DNA of 64,000 bases from Planctomycetota bacterium (GTDB lineage: Bacteria; Planctomycetota; PLA2; JAEUHO01): positions 64,001 through 128,000 of the forward strand of contig CBDCWP010000042.1 of NCBI GenBank assembly GCA_965223505.1, in the 5' to 3' direction. The position numbers and the translations under genes were made by a program. This document shows, in pieces, positions 40,101-49,439 of the stretch (position 1 is its first letter; each line of letters opens with the position of its first letter). The notes beneath the pieces were generated by a model, which was not told the DNA's origin, made no database searches, and was given only the letters and a program-made list of their open reading frames with translations.

Positions 40101-40563
40101 TCGCGAGCTGATTGGCGTGCAGCAGCGCGATGCTCCGACAGGTCATGAGCCGAATGCCGGCCACCGACGGTGCGGTCAGGTCGACGGAATCCGTGAGCGC
40201 CAGCACCTCCGCGGAGGCGCCTGCGTCCCGGGCCTTCTCGACGGTCTGTAGCAGCTTGCGCTCGGCGCCGTCGTGCGCCGCGCCACGTCGCGCCGCGACG
40301 TACCCTTCGAGCTCGTCGGCGACGGACGTTTCTCGCCCGAAAAGGACCGCCGCGTCGTGCTCCCCGCGGGCACACAGCTCGTCCGCAACGAGCCACGGGT
40401 CGGGCACCGCGGCGCTGCCGAGCGCGCGCAGGGACGCCGTGTCCTTTGCTCGAGTGGCCGCGAGGACGCGGTCTGCCGCCTGCGCCGGGGTTGCGGACGG
40501 TTCCTTCGCCCACGCGGATGCGCCGGCGAGCACACAGAGGAGCATGACGAGTGCCGAGCGCAT
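37189..40563 (-). CDS. TPR-repeat protein with C-terminal CHAT (caspase-like) peptidase domain and signal peptide
   Basis: About 12 TPR units; VSPDGPLGYVPF, VHLACHG, LSACATG, SLWDVDD, HPYYWAAW. Confidence 0.93.
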   Translation of the reverse strand: MRSALVMLLCVLAGASAWAKEPSATPAQAADRVLAATRAKDTASLRALGSAAVPDPWLVADELCARGEHDAAVLFGRETSVADELEGYVAARRGAAHDGAERKLLQTVEKARDAGASAEVLALTDSVDLTAPSVAGIRLMTCRSIALLHANQLAKAEQALEAARDAAERIGWRRETAALLTASSRIKLHRGDVQGAGSALTRVVAIREAIGDPRELIVALVALGNFKSELGAFADAQDAYVRALALAESSGNRHSLGVLYENISLVHYLLGEHARALEMANVSLAIRTELGDGRGVTRMTARIAGIHESTGNYAEALDYAKRALAQQEARGNAADAAITLGQIGSILRFLGEYEAALEHLRRGLQLAQTSGNVAGEATILANIGVVHYRRGDYPKALAHARRALALYSRIDDRRGQAFALGHVGMSHDALGEYPEALRSYERSLELRKATRDRQGMAAVLVNLGNVYAKTGDRVRALALFEQAYALQSEMGDRQGAAVALSNMGNLHHELGDHEEALTFYERARTTREGIGDVAGAATTLGNIAVMYEFLGDTERALTTARRALAMYESIGGRAAIASARGNVGVLRLKSGDAAGIEDLEKAIRDARWLRATPLLVRLLSDVGLHWLEQGEPQRALERAREASRELQDVFSGLEGLGGSLGATARAQHSDVYAVGALAAVQLERTAEALTFIEDGRAGALLEALGGRQSMRWTDLPAELRQLESKAHAEHAAARASYVAALETGNLRATRSAAETLDRTVAVLRTVTERIQREAKREAGVFYPRAAPVEEIQGRLAPGHVLVLYGFCLDEVVAFVLTRDEVRVVSLGAAMPIVELCALARFDDRTEDAAARIAKLAARLVAPLKLDAATQLVLVSPDGPLGYVPFGALFELPVVLTPSGSAYVWQRDVQQPVDATKVLAVGDPDYGSVSDKAREVYARGRRLAPLPATRKEATQIGSVALLGADANEAALRKALAGEGYWRAVHLACHGIVDPERPAISALALSAADGEDGFLTCLEVLRMRIPADLVVLSACATGTGQLVASEGIVGLTRAFMYAGASRVVCSLWDVDDAATQAFMLKFYELWNTGAGVSAAEALRGAQAHVRGQAKWKHPYYWAAWVLWGLP

Positions 40564-40658
40564 GAGCCCGCAGGGTAGCCCGGGCGTCGGTGGCCCGGCA
40601 AACGTCCTGCGCGCGGCGCCGTCGGCCGCCACGTGAGGTGGTCCGACGGCTCGTCATC

Positions 40659-40697
40659 AATATCGATATTCTCTATTTGATTTGAACGACGAATCGA
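40659..40697 (+). promoter_or_regulatory. Putative LysR (NhaR) operator upstream of the nhaA unit
   Basis: AAT-ATCGA-TATTC-TCTAT-N16-ATCGA; AT-rich; same architecture at 45406-45444. Confidence 0.6.
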
Positions 40698-40768
40698 TGG
40701 AGCACTTCGCCACACGTCACGTCCAATGATCGAGCGCCGAGCGAGGCGCTACCTTGGAGGTTGCTCCC

Positions 40769-41134
40769 ATGTCTTTCCCCTCCCTCGCCCTACGCAACAC
40801 GACCGCGCGCAAGACGGCGCCGACGTCCGCCCCGGCCGGCCACGCGCCGGCTGGGGTCGGGGCGCGTGCGCGGCCGCCGAGCGACGAACGTTCGAAGCTC
40901 GTGACGGTCCCCTATGTCGCCAAGGTGGTCGATCCCTGGTTCCCCTTCCAGCGCCGCCTGCGCGAAGTGGCCCGCGGTGCGGGCGTGCGCGACCACCGGA
41001 TCACGAAGGACGAACGGACATTCTTCCGTTCGGGCGACGTGCACTTCGAGCTCGAGGCCGAGCCTGCCGACCAGAAGGTCTTCGATCGCCTGTGGCAGCA
41101 AATGCTGGAAGGAGTCTGGGGCAACGCCATCTAG
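40769..41134 (+). CDS. Small hypothetical protein preceding nhaA
   Basis: GGAGG RBS at 40756-40760; host-like codon usage; 21 bp before nhaA. Confidence 0.7.
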   Translation: MSFPSLALRNTTARKTAPTSAPAGHAPAGVGARARPPSDERSKLVTVPYVAKVVDPWFPFQRRLREVARGAGVRDHRITKDERTFFRSGDVHFELEAEPADQKVFDRLWQQMLEGVWGNAI

Positions 41135-41155
41135 GCGGGCCCGGAGAACGACGTC

Positions 41156-42559
41156 ATGCAATCCCTACCCGTCACGCCCGCGCTGCCGCGGACCCCGGCC
41201 GCGAAGCTCGGTGGCTTCGTCCGTCACTTCCTGCATCTGGAGTCCGCCACCGGACTCGTGCTGCTCGGCTGTACCGCCGTCGCCCTCGGGCTCGCGAACT
41301 CGCCTTGGGGCGCTTCGGTCGCTGCGTTCTGGGCGCAGCCGCTCACGATCACGCTCGGTCCGATCGAGCTCACGTATCCGATCTGGTATTGGATCAACGA
41401 CGGCTTGATGGCCCTGTTCTTCTTCGTGATCGGCCTGGAGATCAAACGCGAGCTCGTCACCGGCGAGCTGTCGAACCCGCGCTCGGTGATCCTGCCGCTG
41501 TGTGCCGCCGTCGGCGGCGCCGCGGTTCCCGCGCTCGTCTTCTTGGCGGTGAACGGCATGGGCGCCGACGCTCGCGCATGGGCGGTCCCGACGGCGACGG
41601 ACATCGCGTTCGTCGTGGGCTGTCTGGCGCTTCTGGGTTCCCGGGTGCCTCCCGGGCTCAAGATCTTCCTGCTCTCCCTCGCCATCTTCGACGACCTGTT
41701 CGCCGTCATGGTCATCGCGGTCTTCTACTCGGGCTCGATCGGGATCGACTGGCTCGTCGCTGCCGTGGCGACATTGGCGCTGGTCGTGGCGTTCCAGCGT
41801 CTGGGCGTGCGCTCCGTCGCCATCTACGCGTTCGCCGGCGTCGCCGCCTGGCTCTTCACGCTCAAGTCCGGCGTTCATCCCACCATCGCAGGCGTCGCGC
41901 TCGGTCTGTTGACCCCCGCGCGTCCGTGGCTCTCGTCCAAGCACCTGCGCGACGCGGCCGTTTCCGTACGCGAACAGATCGATCGCGGGAGCCGCGAGGG
42001 CAAGCGCGACGCCCTGCTGAAGCTGCGGTCCGTCGCGCGCGAGAACATCGCCCCCACCGAGCGGCTGGAGGCGGCAATGCACCCCTGGGTGGCGTTCGGC
42101 GTCATGCCGGTCTTCGCGTTCGCGAACGCCGGCGTCGTCATCGATCCTGCCCTGCTCGGCAGCTCGCTCGCGGTCGCCGTCGCGCTCGGTCTGTTCGCCG
42201 GCAAGATCGTCGGCGTGACGGCCGGCGCGTGGATCGCCGTTCGCTTGCGCCTCGGCGTGCTGCCGGCGGGTGTGGGTTGGCCGGCGCTTGCCGCCGCCTC
42301 GGCGTTGGCCGGCATCGGCTTCACGATGTCGATGTTCATCGCGTCGCTCGCGCTCAGCGGGCAGGCCCTGAACGCGGTCAAGTCCGGTGTGCTGCTGGGC
42401 TCCCTGGTAAGCGGCGTCGTGGGCCTCGTGGCGCTGCGCCTGCTGCTGCCCGACAGGGACGTCGCGGAGCCCGCTCTGCCGGAATCGCCGTCAAAGACCC
42501 GTCGATCACCGACGCCTGCGCAGCCGACCCGAGCGCGCGAGCCTTCGCTCGTCAGCTAG
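41156..42559 (+). CDS. nhaA: Na+/H+ antiporter NhaA
   Basis: WINDGLMALFFFVIGLEIKRE, PTATDIAF, LAIFDDL, SGVHPTIAGV, GIGFTMSMFI. Confidence 0.96.
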   Translation: MQSLPVTPALPRTPAAKLGGFVRHFLHLESATGLVLLGCTAVALGLANSPWGASVAAFWAQPLTITLGPIELTYPIWYWINDGLMALFFFVIGLEIKRELVTGELSNPRSVILPLCAAVGGAAVPALVFLAVNGMGADARAWAVPTATDIAFVVGCLALLGSRVPPGLKIFLLSLAIFDDLFAVMVIAVFYSGSIGIDWLVAAVATLALVVAFQRLGVRSVAIYAFAGVAAWLFTLKSGVHPTIAGVALGLLTPARPWLSSKHLRDAAVSVREQIDRGSREGKRDALLKLRSVARENIAPTERLEAAMHPWVAFGVMPVFAFANAGVVIDPALLGSSLAVAVALGLFAGKIVGVTAGAWIAVRLRLGVLPAGVGWPALAAASALAGIGFTMSMFIASLALSGQALNAVKSGVLLGSLVSGVVGLVALRLLLPDRDVAEPALPESPSKTRRSPTPAQPTRAREPSLVS

Positions 42560-44274
42560 GTAGGCCACTCGCTCGACTCGACGAGTCTGGCTAGGATCGC
42601 GCCCGGAAGACGATCGGCCATCGAGTCCTCGTCCGAAAGCACGAGGTCCACGCCGGCGTCGAGCAGCGCCTTCTTGGACTGCACGAGCGGCGCTCGCGCG
42701 GCGGTCCACACGGCAGGGTTCATGCGGCGCGCGCTCGACACGCCGACGCGGGCCGCCTGGACGTCCGGCATCGTCACGATGAGGGCGAGCGCCTTCTCGA
42801 TGCCGGCTGCGCTCAAGACCGTCGACGTGCGCACGTCACCGAGCACCGCGAAGCGTCCCTGCGATCGAAGCTCGGTGATGGTGGCGGGATTGAGCTCGAT
42901 GACCGCCGTCGGCAACCCGGCCGCCTCCATCGCCTCCACCACCGCGCGCCCGACGGGGCCGTAGCCGGCGACGATCACTCGCGCGGGCACGGCGTCCTCG
43001 TCGGTCTGGCCGAAGGGCCGCGCGAGCCGCGTGCGTCCCGCGAACGGCGCCAGCGGAGCTGCGTGCATGTGCGGCGCGATGCGGCGGGCGAGCGCACCTA
43101 GCGCCGGCATGAGCAACAAGCCGACGACGACGACGACGATCAGGATGCCGTGCATGCGCGCATCCAGCACGCCCTTCACCTGCGCCTGCTCCAGCAGGAC
43201 CAGACTGAACTCGCCCCCGTGCGCGAGACACGCACCGACGATCAGCGCGGTGCTCGCGTGCGCGCCGCCGCTCCAACAAGCGATGCCGATCGCGATCAGC
43301 TTCACGACGACCAGCGCGGCGACCGCGACGAGCACCCACGGCCAGACGTCGAGCGCGACCGCTGGATCGACGTTCATGCCCAGCGTCGTGAAGAACACCG
43401 CCAGGAACAGATCGCGCACCGGAACGACCTTGCCGCTCAGCTCCTGCTGGAACGGCGTGTCCGCGAGGATGAACCCCGCAAGGAACGCTCCGAGCTCCAA
43501 GCTGAATCCCAGCCCTTCGCAAGCGCCCGCCGCGCCGAGCGCGAAGGCCATGCCGGCGAGGAAGAGCGCCTCGGTGCCGCCTACACGCAGCGACTCGCGA
43601 AGCAGCTTCGGCAGCAGCAGTCGTCCGACCAGCACGAGCGCGACGACGCCGCCGAGACGCAGGACGATGTCGCCGACGTCGTCGAACGCCCCCGGCCCGT
43701 CTTCGACGGCCTCGACGCCGGCCCAGCGCCCCAGCATGGGCACCAGCGCCAGCATGCCGATCACGGCGAGGTCCTGGATGACCAGGATCGCGAGCGCGAG
43801 CCGGCCTGCGGGGAGCGTGAGCTCCCGACGGCTGGTGAAGTACTTCAGCACGACGGCGGTCGATGACAGGCAGAACGCCATCGCGATGACGAGCGCCTCG
43901 GCGGCAGAGCTCGTGAACTGCGCGGCCACCGGCCACAGCAGCGCCGTGCACGCGACGCACGCGCCGACACCGGCCAGGATCAACCGCGTCGCGCCGGGCC
44001 GCAGCGCGTCGAGATGAAGCTCGAGCCCCACGCCGAAGAGGAGCACGACGATCGCGAGGTGGGCGATGACGCCCAGGGCATCCGGAGCGGGCACCCATTC
44101 GAGCGCGTGCGGCCCGATGAACGCGCCCGTGAGGATCAGCGCCGCGATCGCCGACACGCCGAGGCGCGCGAGGACGAGCACGGCGAAGGCCGCGGCGCCG
44201 AGAACGAGGATGAGGTCGAGAACGACACCCGTCTCGGTTCCGGCGCCGAGTACGAGGCTCGAGGCGGCGTTCAT
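42556..44274 (-). CDS. CPA2 (Kef-type) cation:proton antiporter with TrkA-N domain
   Basis: LLFGVGLE, LSSTAVV, LVIQDL, LGAFLAG, GGEFSLV, VAGYGPVG. Confidence 0.92.
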   Translation of the reverse strand: MNAASSLVLGAGTETGVVLDLILVLGAAAFAVLVLARLGVSAIAALILTGAFIGPHALEWVPAPDALGVIAHLAIVVLLFGVGLELHLDALRPGATRLILAGVGACVACTALLWPVAAQFTSSAAEALVIAMAFCLSSTAVVLKYFTSRRELTLPAGRLALAILVIQDLAVIGMLALVPMLGRWAGVEAVEDGPGAFDDVGDIVLRLGGVVALVLVGRLLLPKLLRESLRVGGTEALFLAGMAFALGAAGACEGLGFSLELGAFLAGFILADTPFQQELSGKVVPVRDLFLAVFFTTLGMNVDPAVALDVWPWVLVAVAALVVVKLIAIGIACWSGGAHASTALIVGACLAHGGEFSLVLLEQAQVKGVLDARMHGILIVVVVVGLLLMPALGALARRIAPHMHAAPLAPFAGRTRLARPFGQTDEDAVPARVIVAGYGPVGRAVVEAMEAAGLPTAVIELNPATITELRSQGRFAVLGDVRTSTVLSAAGIEKALALIVTMPDVQAARVGVSSARRMNPAVWTAARAPLVQSKKALLDAGVDLVLSDEDSMADRLPGAILARLVESSEWPT

Positions 44275-44502
44275 GGCAGGGGCGTCCGAGGGGCCTGGCG
44301 CCACAGTGTGGCGCATCGACCATCCAGGGCCCGTCTGAAAACTCCCCGTTACGCGGCCGGAGCACCGGACACGACACTTGGAAGCTCTACAAGACGATCG
44401 CCCGAGGCCGCAGACCCTCGCATGCCGCGGGCGATGCCAAGCTGTCGAGGAGGCTGGATCGGGGAGCGGGGCCGCTTGCGGTCGCGATGCCCGGACAGGC
44501 TC

Positions 44503-45399
44503 CTAGGCGAAGAGCTTCTCCCGGGCGCCCCGGACGATGGCCGTGAGCGCCGCGTGATGAACCCGGCGCTGGAGGGTGATCACGTAGATACGCTCGCGCG
44601 CCTCCTCGATGCGTCCCACGACGTGCGCGCCGCACTGCCGTCGCACGTCCGCCTCCACGACGGTCGGCAGCGCGAAGAGCCCGAGCCCGTCCGCGGCGAA
44701 CGCCTTGAGCAACGCCATGTCCTCGAACTCGGCGCAGGTGTCCGGATGGATGCCTGCCGCGGCGAACCAGCGGTCGAGCTCTCGTCGCATGGCCGTGTTC
44801 GGCGTCGGCAGCAGGAAGGGCGCGCCGTCCAGGCTCCGCGGAAAACCCCTTCGGTACCGCGGCGCGTCCTTGACGGGTGCGAACACCGTCAGGGCGCTCT
44901 CTCCCAGCAGATGGTTGAACGCGTTGATCTGCTGCCCATCAACGGGCGTATCGGCCACGACCGCGTCCAGTTCCTGCCGCGCAAGCCGCGCGAGCAGCTC
45001 GGGCGGCTTGCCCTCGTAGCAGGCGACGCGCGGACGCTCTTTCATCTTGAGCGCCGGCTGGATGACGTGGTGCACGACCGACTTCGGGACGACGTCGGCG
45101 ATGCCGAGCCGGAGCCGCTGCACCACGGGGATGCGGTCCCCGCGCAGCGACCCCTCGAGCTCCGCGCCGAGGCGGAAGATCTCGTCGGCATAGCGATACA
45201 CGGCGCGGCCGGTCGAGGTCAGGGAGATGCCGGACCGGCTGCGGTTCAGCAGGCGCTTGCCGACGACCGTCTCCAGCGTCTTCAGATGGGCGGAAACCGT
45301 CGGCTGGGAGACGTGGAGCGCGCGGCCGGCGGCGGAGACGCTGCCCTCGCGCACGGTGGCCCAGAAGCAGCGCAGGTGCGTGTAGTTGATCCAGCTCAT
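44503..45399 (-). CDS. nhaR: LysR-family regulator, NhaR-like
   Basis: WINYTHLRCFW, SQPTVSAHL, YADEIF, GIADVVPKS, NHLLGES, EFEDMALLKAF. Confidence 0.9.
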   Translation of the reverse strand: MSWINYTHLRCFWATVREGSVSAAGRALHVSQPTVSAHLKTLETVVGKRLLNRSRSGISLTSTGRAVYRYADEIFRLGAELEGSLRGDRIPVVQRLRLGIADVVPKSVVHHVIQPALKMKERPRVACYEGKPPELLARLARQELDAVVADTPVDGQQINAFNHLLGESALTVFAPVKDAPRYRRGFPRSLDGAPFLLPTPNTAMRRELDRWFAAAGIHPDTCAEFEDMALLKAFAADGLGLFALPTVVEADVRRQCGAHVVGRIEEARERIYVITLQRRVHHAALTAIVRGAREKLFA

Positions 45400-45405
45400 G
45401 CGCCA

Positions 45406-45444
45406 AATATAGAACATTTCTATGTATTTCAGAAACAGGATCGA
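45406..45444 (+). promoter_or_regulatory. Putative LysR (NhaR) operator in the divergent region upstream of nhaR
   Basis: AAT-ATAGA-ACATT-TCTAT-N16-ATCGA with ATAGA/TCTAT dyad. Confidence 0.65.
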
Positions 45445-45506
45445 GCGACATCGATCGGCATTCGCACGTCCAATGTGTGACCGCAACGCACTGAAAGGAG
45501 TCCCCG

Positions 45507-45689
45507 ATGGTCTCGATCGTTTCGTCCGTCGTCGTCCGGCAGATGGCCCGCCGCCGCATCGAGGAGCTCGAGCGCCTGCGTCGCGAAGAGCGCTCCAAGA
45601 CGAGCGACACGCGCCGGGCCGGAGGCCGCGTCCGCTCCTCCGCGCGCCACGATCGCGCCCGATCCCGCGGCGGACCGCGCGTCCGCTAG
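45507..45689 (+). CDS. Small basic protein (60 aa) divergent from nhaR
   Basis: AAAGGAG RBS at 45494-45500; fills an otherwise empty gap. Confidence 0.55.
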   Translation: MVSIVSSVVVRQMARRRIEELERLRREERSKTSDTRRAGGRVRSSARHDRARSRGGPRVR

Positions 45690-47221
45690 CCGCGCTCGCC
45701 CGGCTCGCCCGGCTCGCCCGGGCCAGGCAACGTACGTTTCGTTCGGGCGCGGAAGAAGTCTCGAATCGTCTTGACGCGCCGCCGGATCAACAGCGGGAGC
45801 TTCACGACGGCGGACACCGACCCCAGCTGCAGCGCGGCGATCCGCTCGCCGACGCGACGCAGGTCGCGGTCCATCGGCATCCAGAACATGTCGGGCTTCG
45901 AGGACCCGTCGATCAACGTCGTACGTGGCCGCAGGAACGTCGCCAACGCGTACTCGCTGTTGCTCACGCCGGTGCCCGTCGCCTTCGTGCCGGCCCACGG
46001 CAACGCGACGATCGCGCCCGTGATCGCGTGGTTGTTCACACAAGCAACACCGCAGTCCAAACGGCTCGCGACGCGGCGTCCCGCCGCGAGGTTTCGTGTC
46101 CAAACAGATCCGCCCAGCCCGTACGCGCTGTCATTCGCCAATCGCAGCGCCTCGTCGACGTCCCGCACGCGCGTGACGCAGACGATCGGCCCGAACGACT
46201 CGTCACGCATCGCCGTCATCTCGGAGGTGCACGCGTCGATGACCGTGGGTTGATACCCGAGCCCTTCTCCGGTGGGACCGCCGCCCACCACGACACGCGC
46301 GCCCCTGGCGCGTGCGTCGTCGACGTGACGCGTCACGATCGCGAGCTGTTGTTCGTTGGCCAGGGGAGAGACGTCGGCCTCGTCACCGGTCGTCTCGAGC
46401 CGCGCCCACGCGTCGCCGAGTCGCTTCACGAATTCGTCGGCGACGGTGTCTTCGACGTACACCCGCTCGATCGCGCCGCAGTTTTGACCGCCGTTGTGGA
46501 GCGCCCAATAGGTGATGCCTGCGACGGTGCGGTCGAGATCGCAGTCCGCGAGCACGATGGCCGCGTCCTTTCCACCCAGCTCGACCGTACAGGGAATGAG
46601 CTTGCGCCCGCACGCGGACGCCACTTCGCGCCCGCCCGCCGTCGAGCCGGTGAACGTGACCGCATCCACGTCCGACGCGACCAGCGCCTTGCCTGCCTCA
46701 TCGCCACCCACGACCAGTCCCAGCAGACCCTCCGGCAGCTCGTGTCGCAGTCGTTCGACGAACCAGCGGCCTGTGCGCGCTCCGTGCTCCGACGGCTTGA
46801 GCACCACGCCGTTCCCTGCGAGCAGCGCGGGGAACACGTAGCGAAAGAGGATCCCGAGCGGGTAGTTCCATGGGGTGATACACGCCACGACACCGCGCGG
46901 AACGAGGTCGATCGAAGCGCGCTTGCGCGGAAAGGCGAACGGGTTGAGACGGACGCGACGGCGCCGGTGGACGCGCCGGAAGATCGACGCCCACTGGCGA
47001 AGCTGATCGAGCGGGCCCGCTGCCTCCGTCATCAGCGTTTCGGTCGGGAGCTTCCCGATGTCGTCGTGCACGTGGCGAAGCGCGTCTTCGCGCTCGACGA
47101 GCATCTGCCTCGCGGCGCGCTTGAGTCGTCGTGTGCGCTCGCGTAGTGAAATCGCCGCCCATTCGGGCTGTGCCGCGCGCGCCGCCTCGACGACGGAGCG
47201 AATTTCATCGGATGTGCTCAT
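45686..47221 (-). CDS. Aldehyde dehydrogenase family protein
   Basis: ITPWNYP, LKPSE, FTGS, VELGGKD, GQNCG, ESFGP, ANDSAYGL. Confidence 0.95.
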   Translation of the reverse strand: MSTSDEIRSVVEAARAAQPEWAAISLRERTRRLKRAARQMLVEREDALRHVHDDIGKLPTETLMTEAAGPLDQLRQWASIFRRVHRRRRVRLNPFAFPRKRASIDLVPRGVVACITPWNYPLGILFRYVFPALLAGNGVVLKPSEHGARTGRWFVERLRHELPEGLLGLVVGGDEAGKALVASDVDAVTFTGSTAGGREVASACGRKLIPCTVELGGKDAAIVLADCDLDRTVAGITYWALHNGGQNCGAIERVYVEDTVADEFVKRLGDAWARLETTGDEADVSPLANEQQLAIVTRHVDDARARGARVVVGGGPTGEGLGYQPTVIDACTSEMTAMRDESFGPIVCVTRVRDVDEALRLANDSAYGLGGSVWTRNLAAGRRVASRLDCGVACVNNHAITGAIVALPWAGTKATGTGVSNSEYALATFLRPRTTLIDGSSKPDMFWMPMDRDLRRVGERIAALQLGSVSAVVKLPLLIRRRVKTIRDFFRARTKRTLPGPGEPGEPGERG

Positions 47222-47304
47222 CGGTGCCGTTGATAGTCGGGTCGGCGCGAAGAGGGAAGTCCCGAAACACGTCCTGACGCGGGATTCTCGGTCCGAATCG
47301 GGTA

Positions 47305-47868
47305 TTGTCACGCGGGTCGGGGGGGCCTCGCTTGCTGGAACGTCTACGCGTCTTGTCGGGCTGCCTGTTGGTCGCCGCCCTGGCACCCGTTTGGCTGCTG
47401 CTCCTGCCGTTCGGGCTGCTCTGGCACCGCATCCGCATTCGCATGCGACGTGACGAGGGCTTCGTGTTCGTCACCCCCGGCATCGAGCGGACCCTTCGCG
47501 CCTACGCCGAAGCGTGGATCTCGACGTCGCCGCCCGCCGGCGGGTGGCGCCGCCTCACCGAGCAGACCGACCGCTTCTTCGCGCTGGCCCACGCGCGCTC
47601 CTCCCTCGTTCCCGTCGCGCTGTTCACGCTGATGGAGTGGGCGCCGGTTCTCACGCTGCGACTGCCGTTCTCGAGACTCTCCCTCCGCGCGCGTCGGGCG
47701 GTCATCGACCGCCACTATCTGCAACGCGGATTGCTCTCGCCGCTCACGTGGACGCGGCAGATCTCCCGCCTCGGATACCACTCGACGCAGGAACAAGCAC
47801 GGCGCGGCGGGTTCGTTCCCGTCGCGAATCGATCATCGGGGTCGCTGGCCGGGGGCGTTCGCCGATGA
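47305..47868 (+). CDS. Hypothetical protein, possible GMC-dehydrogenase accessory subunit
   Basis: ATGA overlap with GMC gene; PFSRLSLRARRAVI..LGYHS pattern; start uncertain. Confidence 0.55.
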   Translation: MSRGSGGPRLLERLRVLSGCLLVAALAPVWLLLLPFGLLWHRIRIRMRRDEGFVFVTPGIERTLRAYAEAWISTSPPAGGWRRLTEQTDRFFALAHARSSLVPVALFTLMEWAPVLTLRLPFSRLSLRARRAVIDRHYLQRGLLSPLTWTRQISRLGYHSTQEQARRGGFVPVANRSSGSLAGGVRR

Positions 47869-49394
47869 CGCGCGACGTTCACACGGACTTCGCCGTTGTC
47901 GGATCCGGAGCCGGGGGCGCAGTGACCGCCTACGCCCTCGCCCGGGCGCACGAGCGCGTGACCGTCGTGGAACGGGGTCGCTTCGTGCCGGCCCACGAAA
48001 TGCCGGAGAGCGAGCTCGAGGCCCTCGGGTCGCTCTACAAGGACGGCGGCGCGCAGCTCAACCGCTCGCGCACGATCGCCCTGCTTCAAGGGACCTGTGT
48101 CGGCGGCTCGACGGTGCTGGCCAACATGGTCTGCTTCCGATTGCCGGAGGACGTTCGCCGCGACTACGCGAACGCAGGCTTCGACCTGCGGCCCGACGCG
48201 CTCGCACAGAGCTACGATCGTGTCGAGTCGGTGCTCAACGTGCACGAGACGAAGGAGAGCCGGCTCAACGCGGCTTCGGGCAAGCTCGAGGACGGCATGC
48301 GCGCTTGCGGCCTGCGCCCCCGCCGCTTCCGTCACGCGACCCTGGGGTGCAACGGATGCGGCTACTGCAACGTCGGATGCCGCTTCGGCGCCAAGATGGA
48401 CGCGGCGCGCACGTGGATTCCGATGGCGCGGCGGCACGGCGCCGAGATCCTCCCGCGCATGGAAGCGGTGCGGCTCCTGACGCGCAACGGCGCCGTGTCG
48501 GGACTGCTCTGCCGGGACCTCGAACGCGACGAACCGGTGCTGATTCGCGCCAAGCGATACGTGCTCTCGGGCGGCGCGATCAACACGCCGGAGCTGCTGC
48601 TCAGGTCGGGCATCCTGTCCGACCGCGTCGGGCGCCGCATGTCGGTGAACATCGGCGCCATGATGGTCGCGGACTACCCGGAACCGCTGGACGCGTTCGA
48701 CGGCGTCCAGATGGGCGTCTATCACCGGCGCGACGGCTACACCATCGAGCAGGATCACAATCCCTACCTCTCGTTCTGCCTGACGCAGCCGCCGTGGCTC
48801 GATCGCGAGAGCGCCGACGCGCCGACGCTCTACCGGCATCTGACCACGGCCGGCGTGTTGGTGCCTACGGCGGCCTCGGGCCGAGTGTCGATGCACCCGC
48901 TCAACGCGTTGCTTCCGAGGGCGCTGCGCCGGGCCCGGGTCGACATCGAGCTCGACGAAGATGCGCGTCGCGCCATGGTCCGCGGCTACAAACAGCTCGC
49001 GAAGGTGTTCCTCGCGTCGGGAGCGCGGCGGGTCCTCGCCCCGACCAACCGGAAGGTGGAGATGCGCAGCCCCGACGACACGCACCTGCTCGACGACGCG
49101 CTCGCGGACCGCCGCAATTTCGCCGGCCTGGGGTCGTCCCACCCGTTCGGCGGTACGCCGATCGGCGACGACGACCGACTCGACGTCGTGCGACCGGACT
49201 TCTCGGTGCGCGGCGTCGCGAACCTGTTCGTCATGGACGCGAGTCTCTTCCCGCAGAGCACCGTCGTGAACCCCGTGCTGACGGTGATGGCCGTGGCCGA
49301 CTACGCGGCGCGATCGCTCGGCGACGTCACCCAGCCGGTGATGATCGAGGAAGGCCCGGCGCACGACGCACGGATGCTGAACGCAGTGTCGTAG
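47865..49394 (+). CDS. GMC family oxidoreductase
   Basis: VVGSGAGG, CVGGSTVLAN, CNGCGYCNVGC, GGAINTPELLLRSG, DASLFP..VNPVLT. Confidence 0.93.
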   Translation: MTRDVHTDFAVVGSGAGGAVTAYALARAHERVTVVERGRFVPAHEMPESELEALGSLYKDGGAQLNRSRTIALLQGTCVGGSTVLANMVCFRLPEDVRRDYANAGFDLRPDALAQSYDRVESVLNVHETKESRLNAASGKLEDGMRACGLRPRRFRHATLGCNGCGYCNVGCRFGAKMDAARTWIPMARRHGAEILPRMEAVRLLTRNGAVSGLLCRDLERDEPVLIRAKRYVLSGGAINTPELLLRSGILSDRVGRRMSVNIGAMMVADYPEPLDAFDGVQMGVYHRRDGYTIEQDHNPYLSFCLTQPPWLDRESADAPTLYRHLTTAGVLVPTAASGRVSMHPLNALLPRALRRARVDIELDEDARRAMVRGYKQLAKVFLASGARRVLAPTNRKVEMRSPDDTHLLDDALADRRNFAGLGSSHPFGGTPIGDDDRLDVVRPDFSVRGVANLFVMDASLFPQSTVVNPVLTVMAVADYAARSLGDVTQPVMIEEGPAHDARMLNAVS

Positions 49395-49439
49395 CGACGA
49401 CCTGCGGCGCGAAGGGACGGCGGATCCGGTCGCGAAGGG

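Noticed and set aside
37189..40563. CRISPR-associated or anti-phage caspase system
   Set aside because: No Cas, gasdermin or NTPase partner nearby, and the protein has an export signal.
45695..45721. 9-bp tandem repeat CTCGCCCGG x3
   Set aside because: Encodes a low-complexity PGEPGE tail of the ALDH; no sign of further function.
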